From the IMG/VR virus record IMGVR_UViG_3300048818_000054, positions 20,451-84,450 of that record: a stretch of 64,000 bases of DNA; one strand, written 5' to 3'. The translations under genes were made by a program, and so were the position numbers. The notes beneath the pieces were generated by a model. The model was not told the origin of the DNA, searched no databases, and saw nothing but the letters and a program-made list of their open reading frames with translations. Positions 60,346 through 64,000 of this stretch are shown one piece after another (within the stretch, counting starts at the first letter, position 1; each line of letters opens with the position of its first letter). Source of the stretch: a virus.

Positions 60346-62325
60346 CTAGGCTCCTAAGACAGAGAACACGGCATATTCAGCGGGCATAGCCTTGGGCGCT
60401 GCCGTATGGCCGTCGTGGTCGATAATCAGACCCGCCAGAGCCTTACCACGGATTTTGATCGCGTTCTGTAAAACCTTGACGAACGGGTCGGTCTTGACAG
60501 TCAGGTTGCCGAAAGTCTCGCGTAGCGTGTCGTCAGCTTCGTTCAGGAAAGCCTTGGGCGGGCGAACGTCAAGGGTGACGTGCATACGCATCGGCAGAGC
60601 CGCGAGGCCGTCCAACACCGCCGTCATGACCTCTTCCGAACCCCACCACTGAGAGGCCATGATCCGATGGGGCTTGGCCGCTCCCATGTCGCACGGGACA
60701 GGCGGGCAAGTGCCGAGCATTTCGAAAGACCAATCGATCACGTTCTGGACCGCCTTGTCATCCGAGGCGTCGATCACCGGAACCTCTTGATTGATCCAAA
60801 CCCGGCCGGTCGAACCGTCGATCGTAACGGTTTTCCACTTGCCGGCGTTGTCCAGCATATGCGGCCCGACGCCAACCACGCAAGTCTTGTCCATTGCGCG
60901 GGCGACCACGGCGGCGTGACTGGTAGCACCGCCCATGGCGGTTAGAATGCCCTTGGCCTTCGCCATCCCGGCGATATCGTTAGGGCTGGTTTCGTGCGTC
61001 ACCAGAATGCAATCGAACTTGGCGGCGACCGCATCGGCCGAGCTAAACACCGGCTGCGCGGTCACGACGCCGGGGCAACCGGGGATGCCGGTGAAATCTG
61101 GCTTGACCTTGTAATCGGGATCAATCTGCGGGCGGCGCAGCGTCTTGAACTGTTCGCTCGAAAGTTTCTTGAAAGCGTCAAGGCGGGTCCACTCGCCAGC
61201 GCCCACCTTGTCTACCGCGATGCGGAAGGCCGCGCGCGCCGAGCGCTTTCCAGAGCGGCTTTGCAGGATATAAAGCTTGCCCTGCTGAACCGTAAACTCA
61301 ATGTCCACCATGTCATTATAGATGGTTTCCAGCTTCGAGCAGAGCGCCAAAAGCTGGGCGTGAACGTCGGGCCAAGTAAAGTCGAGGCCGTTCGTGTTAT
61401 AATTCCACTTGCCGATCATGCCTTCAACGGGATGCGGGGTCCGGATGCCGGCCACCACGTCTTCACCTTGGGCGTTCTCCAAAAACTCTCCGAACATGCC
61501 GGGCTCGCCAGTTGACGGGTTGCGAGTGAAAAGGACGCCGGTTCCGCTCGACTTGCCCATGTTGCCGAACACCATCGCCTGTATGGTAACGGCGGTGCCC
61601 ATGTCATCGGGGATGCTATTCAGCTTGCGATACTCAATGGCGCGGGGGCTCTCCCAGCTATCGAACACGGCCAAGATGGCGGCAGCTAACTGCGCCCCCA
61701 AAGTATTGGGGAATTCCTTCTGCGTCGCGGCCTGAAACTTCTGTGTCATCAAAAAGCTGACCGCCTTCAAAGCGCCAACGGTCAGGTCGGTATCGAGCAC
61801 CGCTTTATCGAGCACCTTCATTGCGGCCAACTCGCCGTCAAACACGGCCATCGGAACACCGAACGCCGTTGCGCCGAGCATCGTTATCAAGCGACGGTAG
61901 CTGTCGAACGCGGCGCGCTCGCCAATCTTATCCCCCCAGCTATCGACGTTGCTTGTCGTGAGGCCGACGTTCAAAATCGTGTCCATCATGCCGGGCATAG
62001 AAACTGGCGCGCCAGAGCGGACCGAAACGAGAGGCATGAAGCCGAACTTCTTTTCGAGGGTCGCCATGTGCTCCATGGTCTTTGCGACCAAACCATCAAT
62101 GAAAGACACGTCAGCCGTCGTCACGCCGGCCTTCTTCATTACGCGGAACTTATTGCAAACGTCCGTCGTGATGGTGAAACCAGGAGGAACCGGCATTCCA
62201 TCATTGACCATCCTCACAAGGCCGGCACCCTTGCCGCCAAGGACGCGCTTCGTTTCCGAAGCGTCCGACGATTGCCACTGGCAACCGGTGTCCGAAAAAT
62301 CATACATGGGAAGGTAGTCGGTCAT
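60346..62325 (-). CDS. PPDK-like dikinase: ATP-grasp + phospho-His swivel domains, lacking the PEP/pyruvate barrel
   Basis: LGGKGAGL, PVPPGFTITT, LVSVRSGAPVSMPGMMDTILNVG, NAQGEDVVAG, GGATSHAAVVAR; only 659 aa. Confidence 0.9.
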   Translation of the reverse strand: MTDYLPMYDFSDTGCQWQSSDASETKRVLGGKGAGLVRMVNDGMPVPPGFTITTDVCNKFRVMKKAGVTTADVSFIDGLVAKTMEHMATLEKKFGFMPLVSVRSGAPVSMPGMMDTILNVGLTTSNVDSWGDKIGERAAFDSYRRLITMLGATAFGVPMAVFDGELAAMKVLDKAVLDTDLTVGALKAVSFLMTQKFQAATQKEFPNTLGAQLAAAILAVFDSWESPRAIEYRKLNSIPDDMGTAVTIQAMVFGNMGKSSGTGVLFTRNPSTGEPGMFGEFLENAQGEDVVAGIRTPHPVEGMIGKWNYNTNGLDFTWPDVHAQLLALCSKLETIYNDMVDIEFTVQQGKLYILQSRSGKRSARAAFRIAVDKVGAGEWTRLDAFKKLSSEQFKTLRRPQIDPDYKVKPDFTGIPGCPGVVTAQPVFSSADAVAAKFDCILVTHETSPNDIAGMAKAKGILTAMGGATSHAAVVARAMDKTCVVGVGPHMLDNAGKWKTVTIDGSTGRVWINQEVPVIDASDDKAVQNVIDWSFEMLGTCPPVPCDMGAAKPHRIMASQWWGSEEVMTAVLDGLAALPMRMHVTLDVRPPKAFLNEADDTLRETFGNLTVKTDPFVKVLQNAIKIRGKALAGLIIDHDGHTAAPKAMPAEYAVFSVLGA

Positions 62326-62327
62326 CG

Positions 62328-62344
62328 TTGAACTTCCTGTTCAA
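62328..62344 (-). promoter_or_regulatory. hairpin RBS (CsrB-like loop)
   Basis: TTGAAC-AGGAA-GTTCAA. Confidence 0.7.
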
Positions 62345-62360
62345 TCACGGTGTTGATTAG

Positions 62361-62388
62361 AACATAGCACGCCGTACGGCTCTTGCAA
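62361..62388 (-). promoter_or_regulatory. sigma70-like promoter for the PPDK-like gene
   Basis: TTGCAA-16-TATGTT with TG extended -10. Confidence 0.55.
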
Positions 62389-62418
62389 GTACGACGTGCC
62401 ATGATGGTTAAAAATCAG

Positions 62419-62652
62419 TTAAGCGACGACTGGACGTTCGGCCTGAAAATGGTCGATCGTCTTTCCGTCATCGTTCATCACCCAAGCGTCACCGGACACC
62501 GGATACGTAGAGCAGCCTTTGCCTTCGCGCCATACGGTGCAAATCAACGGCGTATCCTGTTCCTTGTCGGTATGGAAGTCCACGCCGGTTATGTCGTGTC
62601 CTCCGATGATCGAAAACAACTGTGGTTTCGGATCGTAAATCTTGATGAACAT
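62419..62652 (-). CDS. hypothetical protein
   Basis: Start MFIKIYD with AGGA RBS. Confidence 0.5.
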   Translation of the reverse strand: MFIKIYDPKPQLFSIIGGHDITGVDFHTDKEQDTPLICTVWREGKGCSTYPVSGDAWVMNDDGKTIDHFQAERPVVA

Positions 62653-62716
62653 ATCTGTCTTCCTATCTGTCTCTTCGACGGTGCGCCGTCCCGATCCGTT
62701 CAACGAACGAATTTCG

Positions 62717-63229
62717 TCAATGCACTGAACGCGTGTAGAGCCCTTGAAGCTGGGCGCGCGTGATAAGATAGCCGGCTTCCTTGCGCCACAACCTTTCGTT
62801 AACTGACCACACCGGCCTGAGACCGTCAACGTCAGGGTCATCGTTCTTGGCGTCTTCCATGAGCAGCAAAGCGACAAGCACGGCTTGGCACGTCTTATCG
62901 TCCAAGAGGCCCTCGTCCACTAGGAGCAGGGGGAACATGGCGCACACGTACAGGGCGTGCCTCGGCTCTCCCGCTGCTAGGTCGCGCATCATGGAAACTG
63001 CCGTCCCCTCCACTCTGGCCGCGAGACGTGCGACGTTGAACATGTCCAGACTTGCTAACGGTTTGACCGATGCGACAGACAAATGGTGCAATACGTCCGC
63101 CCTGATCGTAAAGCCTGTCTTCTGGCATTCCTCGATAGCCAATATCAGCATGTGCGCGGGCAGACACATTTCCAATATCTTCGAGTCCCGCACCTGAAAG
63201 GCCCGAGGTTCCAACACCTGAACGCTCAT
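62717..63229 (-). CDS. hypothetical protein
   Basis: Start MSVQVLE with GGAG RBS. Confidence 0.6.
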   Translation of the reverse strand: MSVQVLEPRAFQVRDSKILEMCLPAHMLILAIEECQKTGFTIRADVLHHLSVASVKPLASLDMFNVARLAARVEGTAVSMMRDLAAGEPRHALYVCAMFPLLLVDEGLLDDKTCQAVLVALLLMEDAKNDDPDVDGLRPVWSVNERLWRKEAGYLITRAQLQGLYTRSVH

Positions 63230-63398
63230 TTTCCGTCTCCAATTGCCCGCCGTTCTGATTGGCGAGTGTTTCAAAAGTGGGGTCTTCGAACGCTGGCGTA
63301 ACGACGTAGCCGTTGTCCGTATAGGGGACTTTGCGCTTGTCTAGCGCAGCACAAAACACGGCTTGCCCCGTGTCATTGAAAAATCGAAAATCACTCAT
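62895..63398 (-). CDS. possible small protein coupled to TerL (only the first ~55 codons look genuine)
   Basis: ATG overlaps the TerL stop; the remainder overlaps the next gene out of frame. Confidence 0.3.
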   Translation of the reverse strand: MSDFRFFNDTGQAVFCAALDKRKVPYTDNGYVVTPAFEDPTFETLANQNGGQLETENERSGVGTSGLSGAGLEDIGNVSARAHADIGYRGMPEDRLYDQGGRIAPFVCRIGQTVSKSGHVQRRTSRGQSGGDGSFHDARPSSGRAEARPVRVRHVPPAPSGRGPLGR

Positions 63399-64000
63399 CT
63401 TCCGACCGCATGGTGACTAAGCCCTTTTGCGTGCGGAGGCGGTCGATATACGGCATAGCCATCAACTCCTCCTTCTCGCGCGCAGCGATATCGTTCTTGC
63501 CGCGCGGCTCAGTCAAGAACGTCGGAATTCGGTTGCCCGGTATCCCGTGCTTGGTCCAGCTATCGCGCATCCTCATGAGGCCGAGCACAACGCCGGCCAT
63601 GGCGTCTGCAACGTCCTTCGATCCTTTCGGAGGATGGTCGATCTTCTGCTTCTTTACGTCAAGTTCCAAGCTCACCATTTCCTTCTGGGCCTTGGCATGG
63701 ACCGGCGCGAGTATGCGACCATCATAAAACGCCTGCTTAGTGAGGTCATATCCGAACGTGTCGCTGTCCACCGTAGCCTTGCCGCAAATGAAACCTTCGC
63801 GCTGCAATATCTGCCGGCTATCGTCAGACTGGTACTGATCGAACGTCACCCATTTGATGTTGATTTTCAACGTGTCACGGACGAAATAAATCAAGCTACG
63901 AATGTCCGCGAACACGATCTCCCCGCCCTTTGGCGGCGGCACTTCAAGGACAAAATCAAAACGGATGATCGGCAAGTCTTCCGCGTAATCCCCACGCTTC
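63391..64000 (-). CDS. terL: terminase large subunit, C-terminal nuclease domain (5' part outside the window)
   Basis: VTFDQYQS, KIDHPPKGSKDVADAMAGVV. Confidence 0.9.
   Translation of the reverse strand, partial: KRGDYAEDLPIIRFDFVLEVPPPKGGEIVFADIRSLIYFVRDTLKINIKWVTFDQYQSDDSRQILQREGFICGKATVDSDTFGYDLTKQAFYDGRILAPVHAKAQKEMVSLELDVKKQKIDHPPKGSKDVADAMAGVVLGLMRMRDSWTKHGIPGNRIPTFLTEPRGKNDIAAREKEELMAMPYIDRLRTQKGLVTMRSEDE

Noticed and set aside
60346-62325. Classical ppdK auxiliary metabolic gene
   Set aside because: The C-terminal pyruvate/PEP-binding barrel is missing, so the symbol was not assigned.
1-64000. tRNA, rRNA, integrase or att sites
   Set aside because: None recognisable by eye; a tRNAscan-SE/ARAGORN run would be needed to exclude tRNAs formally.

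Overview
This is a 64-kb segment of a tailed dsDNA phage or prophage (siphovirus-like; tail module of the GTA/phiCbK type, which suggests an alphaproteobacterial host - inference). Essentially all genes are on the minus strand. In transcription order (right to left): terminase large subunit (C-terminal part); an early-type accessory block (truncated PPDK-like dikinase, CsrA-like protein, two Cys-based phosphatases, unknowns); family A DNA polymerase; portal; a cluster of putative virion-cargo proteins, including a MuF/head-morphogenesis gene apparently split around zeta-like kinase and Acb1-like 2H-phosphoesterase domains; XkdF-like protease, scaffold and major capsid; neck, tail tube, chaperones with a -1 frameshift, tape measure, tail tip and fibres; lysis; nucleotide-metabolism genes; AAA ATPase; replication (initiator with iterons, loader, DnaB, primase, SSB); recombination (SF2 helicase, RecA, resolvases, Cas4-like nuclease). 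Main hunt results: (i) six Shine-Dalgarno sites sit in covarying C-AGGA(G/A)-G pentaloop hairpins resembling CsrB repeats, and a CsrA-like gene lies in the same block; (ii) a PPDK-like His-phosphotransfer enzyme lacks the pyruvate domain and is clustered with two phosphatases; (iii) eight copies of the palindrome TGCAACTAGTTGCA lie at gene boundaries; (iv) a MuF-linked anti-defence/toxin cargo cluster shares protein motifs. All family calls are by eye from motifs; no searches were run. Many ORF-track starts were trimmed to RBS- or overlap-supported starts.
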